Below, piece after piece: positions 11,196 through 20,609 of a stretch of 64,000 nt of DNA. The translations under genes were made by a program, and so were the position numbers. The first letter of the stretch is position 1; every line of letters begins with the position of its first letter. Below the pieces are notes generated by a model, which saw only the letters and a list, made by a program, of their open reading frames with translations, made no database searches and was not told where the DNA came from. Source of the stretch: an uncultured bacterium (GTDB lineage Bacteria; Zixibacteria; MSB-5A5; CAIYYT01); NCBI GenBank assembly GCA_963726455.1, contig CAVSCK010000004.1, positions 1,630,857 through 1,694,856 on the forward strand, read 5' to 3'.

Positions 11196-11606
11196 CTATT
11201 GCGTCACCTCAAAGCGATTGTTTTCTGATTCCCAGAGTACAACCCTGGTCAGCACATTTTTGCCAAACCGGTCACTGAGAATATCCCAGATGCGCTGTGC
11301 CAGATTCTCGGTGGTCGGGATTGTCCCGCGCATAAAGTCGACGTCAAGATTGAGATTCTTATGGTCGACGTGCGCAACCACGGCGTCATCTATTATGGCT
11401 TTGAGGTCTTTCAGGTTGAGGATCATGCCGGTCTGGGGATCGACAGGGCCGGTGACGCTGACTTCAAGGACGTAGTTGTGGCCGTGGCCGTTGGGATTGG
11501 AGCACTCTCCAAATACCTTGAGGTTTTGGGCGTCATCAAAAGCCGGATTGAAAAGCCGGTGGCCGGCGCAGAAAGTAACGCGTTTCGTGATCGTAATTTT
11601 CATCAT
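11196..11606 (-). CDS. 6-pyruvoyl-tetrahydropterin synthase / QueD family
   Basis: 136 aa with CAGHRL and HGHNY motifs. Confidence 0.75.
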   Translation of the reverse strand: MMKITITKRVTFCAGHRLFNPAFDDAQNLKVFGECSNPNGHGHNYVLEVSVTGPVDPQTGMILNLKDLKAIIDDAVVAHVDHKNLNLDVDFMRGTIPTTENLAQRIWDILSDRFGKNVLTRVVLWESENNRFEVTQ

Positions 11607-12499
11607 CTCCTGCCAATAATTGCTTCAGTGCCCTCTTCAGTTCGCGGCATCCGTTTGAGGAAGTAGCTCTCGCGGTAGTATAACACCCAAATCAGATAAA
11701 TGTTCATCACCGTCGCCACGAAAACGAGCGCGTATTGCGGCCTGCCGAGGAGAGCAAACAGGATGAAGATGAAGATGTGAGTGCCGAAACAAAGGGGCGA
11801 TTGCAGTGTCATAAGTAATTTCGTTCCAAACCAGAGATTTTTCGGGCAAGTAACGCAGGGTTTCTGGAGCCAGTTGTCCGTAGCCGCCACGAATCTGTCC
11901 TGCCAACTGTAAACAATAATATAAGCGAAACGGAGAATTTTCAAAACGAGTCTTGCAGGGGCAGAATGGGACTGTGAAGTCAGGTCTCCCCTACCGGCCT
12001 CGTCACGCCTGGAGCTCAAGGAGTTAATTTGATACTGTTCAACGTATGCGATTTGATAGAAGTTAAAGAACGAACACTGGATAAACACGGACAGCACGGC
12101 TGCGACACCCCAGAAGACGTAAGATGGCTGCGTCCCAACGAGATACGCCCGCGCGGAAATGGCTGCGATAACGCTGGTCAGCACTAGAAAGTCACCTAGT
12201 GAGTCGAGATAACGTCCGATCAAGTGCCCTTTGCCGGTCAGGCGGGCCAGGGCGCCGTCACAAGCATCGAATACGTCTTTGAGATGCAAGAGTATGGCCG
12301 CCAGGATCAGCTTTCCCTGGTAGAAGGAGACAGCCGACGCCAAGCCCAGACCGATGGCGGCGAGAGTAACGATTTCGTGTGGAACGCGCAGTCGGAACAG
12401 AACACGCAGCACAATCCGGTAATAGAAGATCCACAGAACGGAGATATTCAGGTAACGATGTTCGGGGGTGAGTTTTTCGGATTTTTCCAGATCAATCAT
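11603..12499 (-). CDS. CDP-alcohol phosphatidyltransferase family membrane protein
   Basis: Motif DACDGALARLTGKGHLIGRYLDSLGD (D-G-x2-A-R...G-x3-D-x3-D) and multiple TM helices. Confidence 0.65.
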   Translation of the reverse strand: MIDLEKSEKLTPEHRYLNISVLWIFYYRIVLRVLFRLRVPHEIVTLAAIGLGLASAVSFYQGKLILAAILLHLKDVFDACDGALARLTGKGHLIGRYLDSLGDFLVLTSVIAAISARAYLVGTQPSYVFWGVAAVLSVFIQCSFFNFYQIAYVEQYQINSLSSRRDEAGRGDLTSQSHSAPARLVLKILRFAYIIVYSWQDRFVAATDNWLQKPCVTCPKNLWFGTKLLMTLQSPLCFGTHIFIFILFALLGRPQYALVFVATVMNIYLIWVLYYRESYFLKRMPRTEEGTEAIIGRR

Positions 12500-13248
12500 C
12501 AGACTGCCACCGCCTGGTTCTGCCGTCGAGAATCAGATTCTTGCCGGTGAGCGGCGCGGATTCGTCGGTAGCAAGATAAAGGATTTCCTGCGCAACTTGT
12601 TCGGGAGTCAAACCGGGTTTGAGGCCGGGAGGTGATGCCTCGCGGAACATCTGCGTATCGACGCCACTGAGCGAAATCTGGTTGACGCGGATATTGTGTT
12701 TCCAACTCTCGAGTGCCAGAATTTCGGTTAGTCCCCAGAGCCCGTATTTGCTGATGTTGTAAGCGCCGAAAGCCCGGAAACTTGGCGGTACCGAAGCAGC
12801 CGGACAGCGATGAGACATTAACGATGGCGCCACCGTCCCGCTTGGACATGGATAAGACGGTCTTCTGGGAAAGGTAATACGGCGCAATCAGGTTGACCTC
12901 AAGTACACGGTGAAAATCGGTGAGTGAGAATTCGGACACCAGGCCGAACGCGAAGGTGGCGGCGTTGTTGACGAGAACATCAACCGTTTCGCAGCGTTCT
13001 CCAATCTGGGCGCAGCAATGATCGATCTGCTTGCGGTCGGCAAGGTCGAGGGCAAGTGACATGACGGTAACATGCCTGCCGTTATCCTTGCAGAGAGAAG
13101 CGGTTTCGACTAGTTGTTTGGCGGTGCGCGCCATCAGGACGAGATCGTAGCCCTCGCGGGCAAAGAGCATGGCCGTAGCCCGGCCAATTCCGCGACCGGC
13201 ACCGGTAATTAACGCAGTTTTGCCGACTGATTTATTCACATCTAACAT
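12492..13248 (-). pseudogene. SDR-family oxidoreductase, frameshifted near 12765-12785
   Basis: N-terminal half (GAGRGIGRATA ... NNAA ... IVNVSS) lies in ORF 12499..13278. The YNISK catalytic half and C-terminus lie in ORF 12492..12887, in another frame. Confidence 0.6.
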
Positions 13249-13486
13249 ACGTATATCTTGAGCCCAAAAATAGGGCAAGGTATTTCAAAAATCAATGAAC
13301 GTTGACGTGGCAGTCCCCGCTCTATATTAGTTCGACCCTCAATTTTGGGCAAGGAATTTCGCGATGGAGAAAGTATATTCGCCAGGTTGCCGGGTGCGAT
13401 CGAGTTCTTGTTTCCCGGGTTAAGCGGCGGACAAACTCTCTCGATCAATTCAGGGCAAGGAATGTAAGGCAATTTCGAGGTTGAGA

Positions 13487-14864
13487 ATGACTAAAGTAAA
13501 CAATGTTCTGGAAGCAATAGGTAACACTCCGACTGGTGCGCCTCAAGCGAATGGTGCCCCAGGGCTGCGCGGAAGTCTATGCCAAGCTGGAGTTTCTGAA
13601 TCCGGGGGGATCGATCAAGGACCGCATGGCGATGTATATTATCGAGGATGCGGAAAAACGCGGAGAGCTCAAGCCGGGCGGGACAATTGTGGAGAACACA
13701 TCCGGAAACACCGGCGTCGGAGTGGCGATTGTGGCCTCGGTCAAGGGCTACAAGACCGTGTTCACGATCCCGGACAAGATGTCGTCGGAGAAGATCAACC
13801 TGCTTAAGGCCTACGGCGCCAAAGTGATTGTTACCAAGACCAATGTTCCAGCCGACAGTCCGGAATCGTATTACGAGACAGCCAAGCGCATTCATCGCGA
13901 GACGCCGGGATCGTTCTACTTGAATCAGTATCATAATCCGAAGAACATCGAGGCACACTACAGGACAACCGGACCGGAAATCTGGGAGGATATGGAAGGC
14001 CGGATCGATTACTTCGTGGCGGGCATCGGTACCGGCGGCACGCTGTCCGGAGCCGGGAGATTCCTGAAGGAGAAAGATCCCAAGATACAGATCGTGGCGG
14101 TCGATCCGTACGGATCGGTGTTCTATGACTTCTTCAAGACCGGCAAGCCGGGAATCCCGGAAGTCTACAAGGTGGAAGGCATCGGCGAGGATATGATCAC
14201 GCAGGCGATGGACTTCTCGATCGTCGACGACATGATTCAGGTCGGTGACAAGGATTGCTTTCTCACGCTCGCGACCTGACTACCAAAGAAGGGCTATTTG
14301 CAGGTGGTTCGTCCGGAGCGGCAGTCTGGGGAGCGCTTCAGGTTGCCAAGAAAGCCGGCGTGGGAAAACGAATCGTCGGTCGTACTACCCGACAGCGGAA
14401 CAAGATATCTGTCCAAGATCTATTCTGACGAGTGGATGCGTGACTGGGGATTTCTGGATGATCGCCCAGATCTTGGCAGCGTTCAGAAGATGCTCGATCG
14501 CAGAGGCACAGTGCAGATCTTTTCGGCGGCGCCGGAGGATTCGTTGCATGCCGTGATCGAGAAGATGAAACAGCATGATATTTCGCAGTTGCCGGTGTTG
14601 GAGAATGGTGAGTTGATCGGTCTGATCCGGGAATCGGACTTGTTGGGCATGCTGGTGTCGGGCAAACATACGCCATCCAGCCCGATCAAGAGCGCCATCG
14701 TAAAAGAATATTACACGATAACGCCGCAAGCGCCGGTCAGCCGGCTGGCGGAAATGTTCTTCAAGAACAGTTGCGACGTCGTTTTTGCCGTTGATAACCA
14801 GAAACTGGTCGGTATTCTGACGAAGATTGACCTGATCGATTACCTAGCAGGAGCACAGAGTTGA
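13487..14864 (+). pseudogene. Cystathionine beta-synthase-like protein (PLP cysteine-synthase fold plus tandem CBS domains) with three frameshifts, near 13537, 14266 and 14382
   Basis: The MTKVNNVLEAIGNTP N-terminus is in one frame, the KDR/PLP core is in ORF 13536..14279, the conserved GLFAGGSSGAAVWGALQVAKKAG segment is in a third frame, and the C-terminal CBS pair is in ORF 14298..14864. Confidence 0.65.
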
Positions 14865-16027
14865 AGAAATACAATCCCGCCGATCACAAATTCGAGACCA
14901 ACGCCATCCATGCCGGCCAGGATCCCGATCCCACCACCGGGGCTATCACCTTTCCGATTTATCAGACATCCACTTATGTGCAGGAAGCGGTCGGCAAGCA
15001 CAAGGGTTACGAGTATTCGCGAACGACCAATCCGACCCGAAGCGCTCTGGAGGCCTGCCTGGCGTCACTGGAGGGCGCCAAGTACGGGCTCTGTTTTGCG
15101 TCGGGAATGGCCGCGATGACAAATGTGCTGTCATTAGTGAAGGCGGGCGATCATGTCATTGCTTCGGATGACCTGTATGGCGGTACGCCACGGCTGTTTA
15201 ACCAGGTCTATGCCGATTACGGGATCGAGTTCACGTATGTGGACTCATCCTATACCGAGCGCATTGAAGCTGCGATCAAGCCCAACACCAAGCTGGTCTG
15301 GATTGAAACGCCGACGAATCCGCTGCTGAAGATCACCGAGATCAGAGCCATATCCTCCCTGACGCGGCGCCGCAACCTGATTCTGGTCGTTGACAACACA
15401 TTTGCGACCCCCTACCTGCAGAGACCGCTTGATCTGGGGGCCGATATCGTCGTGCACTCGGTGACCAAATATATTGCCGGACACGCGGACACAGTGGGCG
15501 GGACCGTCATTACATCCAATGACAAATACTACGAGCGACTGAAATTCCACCAGAACGCCGCCGGCGCGGTAATGGGGCCTTTTGATGCGTTCCTGACGAT
15601 GCGCGGAGTCAAGACATTGGCAGTCCGGCTGGAAAGGCAGTGCGACAATGCGATGAATCTGGCGGACTATCTGGAGCAGCATCCCAAAGTCGCACGGGTA
15701 ATCTTTCCGGGTCTGGATTCATTTCCACAGAAGAAGATCGCCGAACGGCAGATGCGGCGGTTCGGCGCAATGATCACGTTTGAGATCAAGGGCGGCCAGA
15801 CGGCGGCGCTCAAGTTTCTGGAAATGCTGCCGCTGTTTTCGCTGGCGGAATCGCTGGGCGGAGTTGAGTCGCTGATCGAGCATCCAGCCATGATGACGCA
15901 TGCGTCGCTGCCCAAAGAACGTCGGGAAGCGGTCGGAATTACCGATGGGTTGATTCGCATTTCGGTGGGAATCGAGGCCTACGAGGATTTGAAGCAGGCG
16001 CTCGATGTCGGATTCGCAGCGATTTAA
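14861..16027 (+). CDS. Cystathionine gamma-lyase/gamma-synthase family PLP enzyme (Cys/Met metabolism)
   Basis: 388 aa of the trans-sulfuration PLP family. TTG start overlaps the CBS stop. Confidence 0.75.
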   Translation: MKKYNPADHKFETNAIHAGQDPDPTTGAITFPIYQTSTYVQEAVGKHKGYEYSRTTNPTRSALEACLASLEGAKYGLCFASGMAAMTNVLSLVKAGDHVIASDDLYGGTPRLFNQVYADYGIEFTYVDSSYTERIEAAIKPNTKLVWIETPTNPLLKITEIRAISSLTRRRNLILVVDNTFATPYLQRPLDLGADIVVHSVTKYIAGHADTVGGTVITSNDKYYERLKFHQNAAGAVMGPFDAFLTMRGVKTLAVRLERQCDNAMNLADYLEQHPKVARVIFPGLDSFPQKKIAERQMRRFGAMITFEIKGGQTAALKFLEMLPLFSLAESLGGVESLIEHPAMMTHASLPKERREAVGITDGLIRISVGIEAYEDLKQALDVGFAAI

Positions 16028-16080
16028 CGTAGCCCGGCCAACTCTGGGCTCGCCGGAGCGTGGCCGAGCGTGAGGGTGGG

Positions 16081-16146
16081 ACGACGAAGCAATCTCCCTA
16101 GTTGATAGTGAAGCACACGAATCGAGATTGCTTCGTCGTTTCCTTC
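16081..16146 (+). terminator. Long stem-loop (16-bp perfect stem acgacgaagcaatctc / gagattgcttcgtcgt, 27-nt loop) downstream of the trans-sulfuration operon; weak U-tract
   Basis: Inverted repeat read directly from the sequence. Confidence 0.35.
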
Positions 16147-16264
16147 ACCTCCCCTGCTACACATCACTCCTCGCAATGACTTGAATCGTGGCTCACAGCA
16201 AACCAATCGAATGCTCCATTTCAGGCGCTTCGAGATCGAGGTCAAAAAAAGTTTAAAAAACTTG

Positions 16265-16293
16265 TTGACGTGGATTAAGCGACTCTTTAATAT
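16265..16293 (+). promoter_or_regulatory. Sigma70-like promoter (TTGACG, 17 nt, TAATAT) preceded by A-tracts (UP-like)
   Basis: Direct read of the sequence. Confidence 0.45.
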
Positions 16294-16545
16294 CTGGCTT
16301 TAAGACAGCTAAATAATCCAGGGGGCTATCTGGAAAATCCGGCGCGAGTCTTGAGCGCGCCCAAGGGAAAAGTACGACGAAGGATACGATGACGAAACAC
16401 GCAAGCACCAGCAGGAATCTGAGCGTTGCCCGAATTGTGGCACAGTTGAAGGGAGCAGTTAATGCCTGCATTAGGTGATTTCCTCGTCGGAAGAAAAGCG
16501 ACAAATGACCGCCACCCAAATTATTTGGGTGGCATTTTTTTTGAT
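16294..16545 (+). ncRNA. Candidate sRNA or cis-regulatory leader of about 250 nt, ending in an intrinsic terminator (gccacccaaa-tta-tttgggtggc plus an 8-U run at 16511-16545), immediately before the RBS of the asnA-like gene
   Basis: Promoter plus strong terminator with no convincing ORF. The overlapping minus-strand 88-aa ORF is probably spurious. Confidence 0.35.
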
Positions 16546-16563
16546 TTTTTCAGGAGGTAAACG

Positions 16564-17568
16564 ATGAGACATCTAGAGGTCCTACATGGCGACCACGCTC
16601 AAACCACAATGCTGCGTTCCAAAATGCTGAAGGCCGCCCGTGACTGGTTTGAGCAGAATGGGTTCCTGGAAATCTGTGTTCCCCACATTACGGGCGCGAC
16701 CGGCTCGTGCGAGTGGTTTCCCAATGCGATGCCGGTAACCATGTACAATGAACGCGGCGAGGAAGCGAACATGTTCCTGCGGCAGACGGGACAGCTCTAC
16801 CTTGAAGCGTTCACCCAAGTGCACAACCGCGTGTTTACGATCGGACCGTCGTTTCGTCAGGAACGCAAGGTCACGAATCGGCATCTGTGCGAGTTCACGT
16901 TGATCGAGTTCGAGGGGCGCGATTTTGAACTGACTGGCCTGATGGACCTGATCGAGTCGCTGGTCAAGTCCATGTACGGCGTGGCGCTGCAACTGTATCC
17001 CGGCCAGGTAGTGTCGAAGTACCTTGAGTCAAGATTTAATCGCGTGACCTATGCCGAGGCAGTGGGCACGCTGCGCGCCAATGGGCACCTGATTGAATTT
17101 GGCGATGACCTGGGCAGCAAAGAGGAACTGGCGTTGTGCGAAATTCTCAAAGGATTGCCGACGTTTGTGACGCACTATCCGGCTGATCCGAAGCCAAAGG
17201 AAGGCGGGGTGATCAAATTCTTCTCGATGAGACGTGACGGCGACAAGACGATTTGTTGCGATCTGCTCCTGCCGCAAGTCGGCGAATCGGTCGGCGGGGC
17301 CGTGCGCGAGGGTTCGGCGGATAAGTGCAAACAGCAGTTCGTGGAATCATACATGTACGATCATCTGGTGGAGCGCGGCGTCGATCCGAAGCAATTCGAC
17401 TGGTATTTTGATGTGCTGGCGAACGGGCACGGGCAGTCCGCCGGGTGCGGCATCGGATTCGAGAGAGTGGTGCAGTCGGTGTTGGCGCTGTATCAGAGCA
17501 TGGTGAGTATCAAGACCGCCGTCGAACTGCCGAGATCGCCGGAATATTTGGTGCCTAGTAGCGACTGA
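16564..17568 (+). CDS. Class II aminoacyl-tRNA-synthetase-like catalytic-core protein lacking an anticodon-binding domain (archaeal-type asparagine synthetase AsnA-like)
   Basis: Class II motif 2 (GPSFRQE) and motif 3 (GCGIGFERV). 334 aa. Confidence 0.5.
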   Translation: MRHLEVLHGDHAQTTMLRSKMLKAARDWFEQNGFLEICVPHITGATGSCEWFPNAMPVTMYNERGEEANMFLRQTGQLYLEAFTQVHNRVFTIGPSFRQERKVTNRHLCEFTLIEFEGRDFELTGLMDLIESLVKSMYGVALQLYPGQVVSKYLESRFNRVTYAEAVGTLRANGHLIEFGDDLGSKEELALCEILKGLPTFVTHYPADPKPKEGGVIKFFSMRRDGDKTICCDLLLPQVGESVGGAVREGSADKCKQQFVESYMYDHLVERGVDPKQFDWYFDVLANGHGQSAGCGIGFERVVQSVLALYQSMVSIKTAVELPRSPEYLVPSSD

Positions 17569-17633
17569 CGATGCTACTGCGACGATATCCGATGAGGTCA
17601 TTCGCGCAGTCAGACGGAATCGTCAGAATCTTC

Positions 17634-17674
17634 GCGGGCAGTCGTCTGGACTGCCCGCTACGTATTGCTTTTGG
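17634..17674 (+). terminator. Intrinsic terminator (10-bp perfect stem gcgggcagtc / gactgcccgc, then a T-rich tract)
   Basis: Direct read of the sequence. Confidence 0.5.
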
Positions 17675-17725
17675 AGTTTAATCAGTATAAGATTGGAATA
17701 CTGGAATGTCACAGGAGGAGCAGCT

Positions 17726-18124
17726 ATGTACAACACCAGCTACACGTTCGGCATAGAGACCAAGATGACGATGCCGGAAGCGCGGCAGAAGATCGAGGAG
17801 TTGCTGAAAGAAGAGGGCTTTGGAATCCTCACCGAGATCGACGTCAAAGCAACCCTCAAGAAGAAGATCGACGTTGATTTTCGGCCTTATCTGATTCTTG
17901 GCGCCTGCAATCCCAAGATCGCACATCAGGCGCTGCAGACAGAATTGGAAATCGGATCACTACTTCCCTGCAACGTGATTGTCTACGAGAATGATAAGGG
18001 CGGAACGAACGTCGCTTTCATGGACCCCTTGACGGCTCTGCAGGTGGCGGGCAACAAGCAGCTTACCGAACACGCAAAGTTGGTCAAGGACAAATTGATG
18101 AGCGTGGCGAAGAAGCTGGAATAG
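17726..18124 (+). CDS. DUF302 domain protein
   Basis: ILGACNP motif. GGAGG Shine-Dalgarno 8 nt upstream of the ATG. Confidence 0.6.
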   Translation: MYNTSYTFGIETKMTMPEARQKIEELLKEEGFGILTEIDVKATLKKKIDVDFRPYLILGACNPKIAHQALQTELEIGSLLPCNVIVYENDKGGTNVAFMDPLTALQVAGNKQLTEHAKLVKDKLMSVAKKLE

Positions 18125-18339
18125 ACTCTGCCTTACGCATTCATTTAATGGGTCGCGACTAAAGTCGCTCCTACGGTGTTGCCGCAGTCGTGCGGAAATA
18201 CTGTTCTAGTTCCTGTGCCGATAACAGTTTGCTTGCGATTTACCCAGCAGCATTTTACTTTCCGCGGCAGTTGCACTGGATCTTTTGTCGCTCCTCGTGA
18301 GCACAGTCAATAATAATGTAATTAAGGATGTAGGTTAAG

Positions 18340-20580
18340 ATGGACGAATTGACAGTCTGGCAGACGATCAAGTTAAATACGGAACAAGAAATCAACGGGT
18401 ATCTCAAGCGCCAATTCGATTCCGGTCTCGTTGAGCAGCTGATATACGAAAAGGCGATTTCGCCGGTCGGGGTATTCGCGAATCTATGCAGGTGGCTGGA
18501 GTCTCCCGACCTGACCCGCGTATCGCCAAATGCCAAGCGAGGAATCTTTTCGGCGATTTTCGCCAACCGATGGGATGATCTAAATGAAGCGTTCTTCACC
18601 GAAGTCGAATTCGGCACCGGTGGAATTCGCGGGCGCGTGTCGATTTCGGATTGGGAATTGGAAATGCTGCGCGACCAGGGAATTCAGGCGCCGTTCCTGC
18701 GCGGCCCGAATACGATCAATGACATCGTGCTGATGCAGAAATCGGCGGCGATCGCCAAGTTCGCCAACCAGCGCGGATTCAAGTCGCTGGTGATCGGCTA
18801 TGACAGCCGCATACGCGGGCGCGATTTTGCCAAAATTGTCGCCGAGGTGTTCATCTACTACGGACTGAAGGTCTATCTGTTCGATGATGTCGTCCCCTAT
18901 CCCGAAGTGACATTCGCAATTCCGACAATGCATGCCGATATGGGAATTCTGCTTTCGGCGAGCCACAATGACCGGCGCTATAACGGCTACAAGCTTTCGT
19001 GCGGCAACGGCTCACAGTTCTCGGTAAGCGAGCGGCGAGAGATACTGGATGAATACATGGCAAAGACCGGATTCGACGAAATTCACCAGAAACCGCTGGA
19101 GGAAGTGCCGTCGGAGCAATTGGAATTCCTCGGCGGCAGCACGCGCTTGCCGAAGGTGAACTATTACAACTACACGGCCAAACCGTTCAACATGCATCAG
19201 AAGCATTTCCAGCAGATTAAGTCGTTCATCCTTGATCCCAAGCTGGTGGAGCGGCAGTCGAAGAAGATGCATCTGGCATTCTGCGCATACAATGGCGCCG
19301 GCCGCGATGCCGTGCCGCGATTGGTCAAGGCACTCAAGATTGACAAGCTCGATATCATCTCGGTGATGCATCCGATTGACGGTATGTTTCCGGCGTTCGA
19401 TGATCTTAAGAGTCCGAAGGGCAAGAAGGTATATCAGCAGCCCGATCCGGGGGACAAGTTCGCGGCCAAAAAAGCGGTCACGGAGTATATCAAAGAATTC
19501 GGCGAGAAGGAGTTCGCCAAGGTCGATATGCTGATCGGCACTGACCCGGATGCTGACCGAGTTGGAGTGGTCGTGCCGGTGCCGCGAAGTCATCGCGAGA
19601 TATACGGCGCCGACCACACACTGCTGGATGCCGACACGGCCTGGTCGATTTTGCTTTGGTACCGGATGGAGAAGATGAAGGCGGCCAAGACGGATTTCGG
19701 CAAGTACTTCTTCGTGCAGTCACACACGACGACCGATGTCATGCCGCTTCTGTGCGACAAGTACGGCATCCCCTGGATCAAGACCTGGGTTGGATTTGCG
19801 CAGTTGGCGGCGGCGATCCAGCGAGTCTGGGAAAATCAGCCGATCACCAAAGACATCTATTGGACAATTTACGACTTCAAGGGCCTTACTCCGAAAGCAA
19901 CGATCAATCTGGCGGCGCTGGAACAGTCCAACGGGTTCAGCATTCTGGGCGGCAAACCGAAAGACGAAATGTCGATGGGAGCGCATGGCCATGTCCGCGA
20001 TAAGGACGGTATCTTCGCCGCGATTCTGCTGGTGGAAGTGCTCGCTTATGCCAAATCGGTGAACAAGTCAATTCTGGAATTGGTCGACGAGAAGCTGTAT
20101 CTCGATCCGGGGATCGGCCTGATTCGCACCGGCTATCGTCCGGCGCCGGTATATGGCCAATACGAAGGAATCGAAGGGCGCTCGACCAAGATGAAGGTGA
20201 TTCACAAGGCCGAGGCGCTGATGGAACAGGTCAAGGCGGGCAAGACGGTCAAGTTTGCCGATCTGAAAGCCAATCGGTTTGAGGTTTACAAGACCGGCAA
20301 GTACGATATTCAGCATGGCTACACCGAGGGGTACAAGCCGGACGATCCGTCGACCTTCGGTTTCCCGGATGAAGGTATTCGGTTCTTCTTTGGCGACGAT
20401 TTCAATCACCTGACCATCAGACCATCAGGGACCTCGCAGAGCTTGCGGTTCCATATCCAGTTGCGCGATGCCGATGTCAGGAAGAGCAATCTCAAAGCCA
20501 GACGGATCGCGATGGAAAAACGGATCACGGCGATGTTCGAGGATGTCGGCAGGAAGCTCGACGTGGACTGGGACGAATAA
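18340..20580 (+). CDS. Phosphoglucomutase/phosphomannomutase-family protein (alpha-D-phosphohexomutase), long form
   Basis: GGIRG and the SASHND phosphoserine-loop motif. 746 aa. Confidence 0.65.
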   Translation: MDELTVWQTIKLNTEQEINGYLKRQFDSGLVEQLIYEKAISPVGVFANLCRWLESPDLTRVSPNAKRGIFSAIFANRWDDLNEAFFTEVEFGTGGIRGRVSISDWELEMLRDQGIQAPFLRGPNTINDIVLMQKSAAIAKFANQRGFKSLVIGYDSRIRGRDFAKIVAEVFIYYGLKVYLFDDVVPYPEVTFAIPTMHADMGILLSASHNDRRYNGYKLSCGNGSQFSVSERREILDEYMAKTGFDEIHQKPLEEVPSEQLEFLGGSTRLPKVNYYNYTAKPFNMHQKHFQQIKSFILDPKLVERQSKKMHLAFCAYNGAGRDAVPRLVKALKIDKLDIISVMHPIDGMFPAFDDLKSPKGKKVYQQPDPGDKFAAKKAVTEYIKEFGEKEFAKVDMLIGTDPDADRVGVVVPVPRSHREIYGADHTLLDADTAWSILLWYRMEKMKAAKTDFGKYFFVQSHTTTDVMPLLCDKYGIPWIKTWVGFAQLAAAIQRVWENQPITKDIYWTIYDFKGLTPKATINLAALEQSNGFSILGGKPKDEMSMGAHGHVRDKDGIFAAILLVEVLAYAKSVNKSILELVDEKLYLDPGIGLIRTGYRPAPVYGQYEGIEGRSTKMKVIHKAEALMEQVKAGKTVKFADLKANRFEVYKTGKYDIQHGYTEGYKPDDPSTFGFPDEGIRFFFGDDFNHLTIRPSGTSQSLRFHIQLRDADVRKSNLKARRIAMEKRITAMFEDVGRKLDVDWDE

Positions 20581-20609
20581 TCCTTGCGCGTTGATGAGTT
20601 CGTGCGACG

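Noticed and set aside
16253-16519. 88-aa minus-strand ORF in the CGL/asnA-like intergenic region
   Set aside because: It overlaps the plus-strand promoter and terminator, lacks an RBS, and its composition is not gene-like. Retained only as an alternative to the sRNA/leader interpretation.
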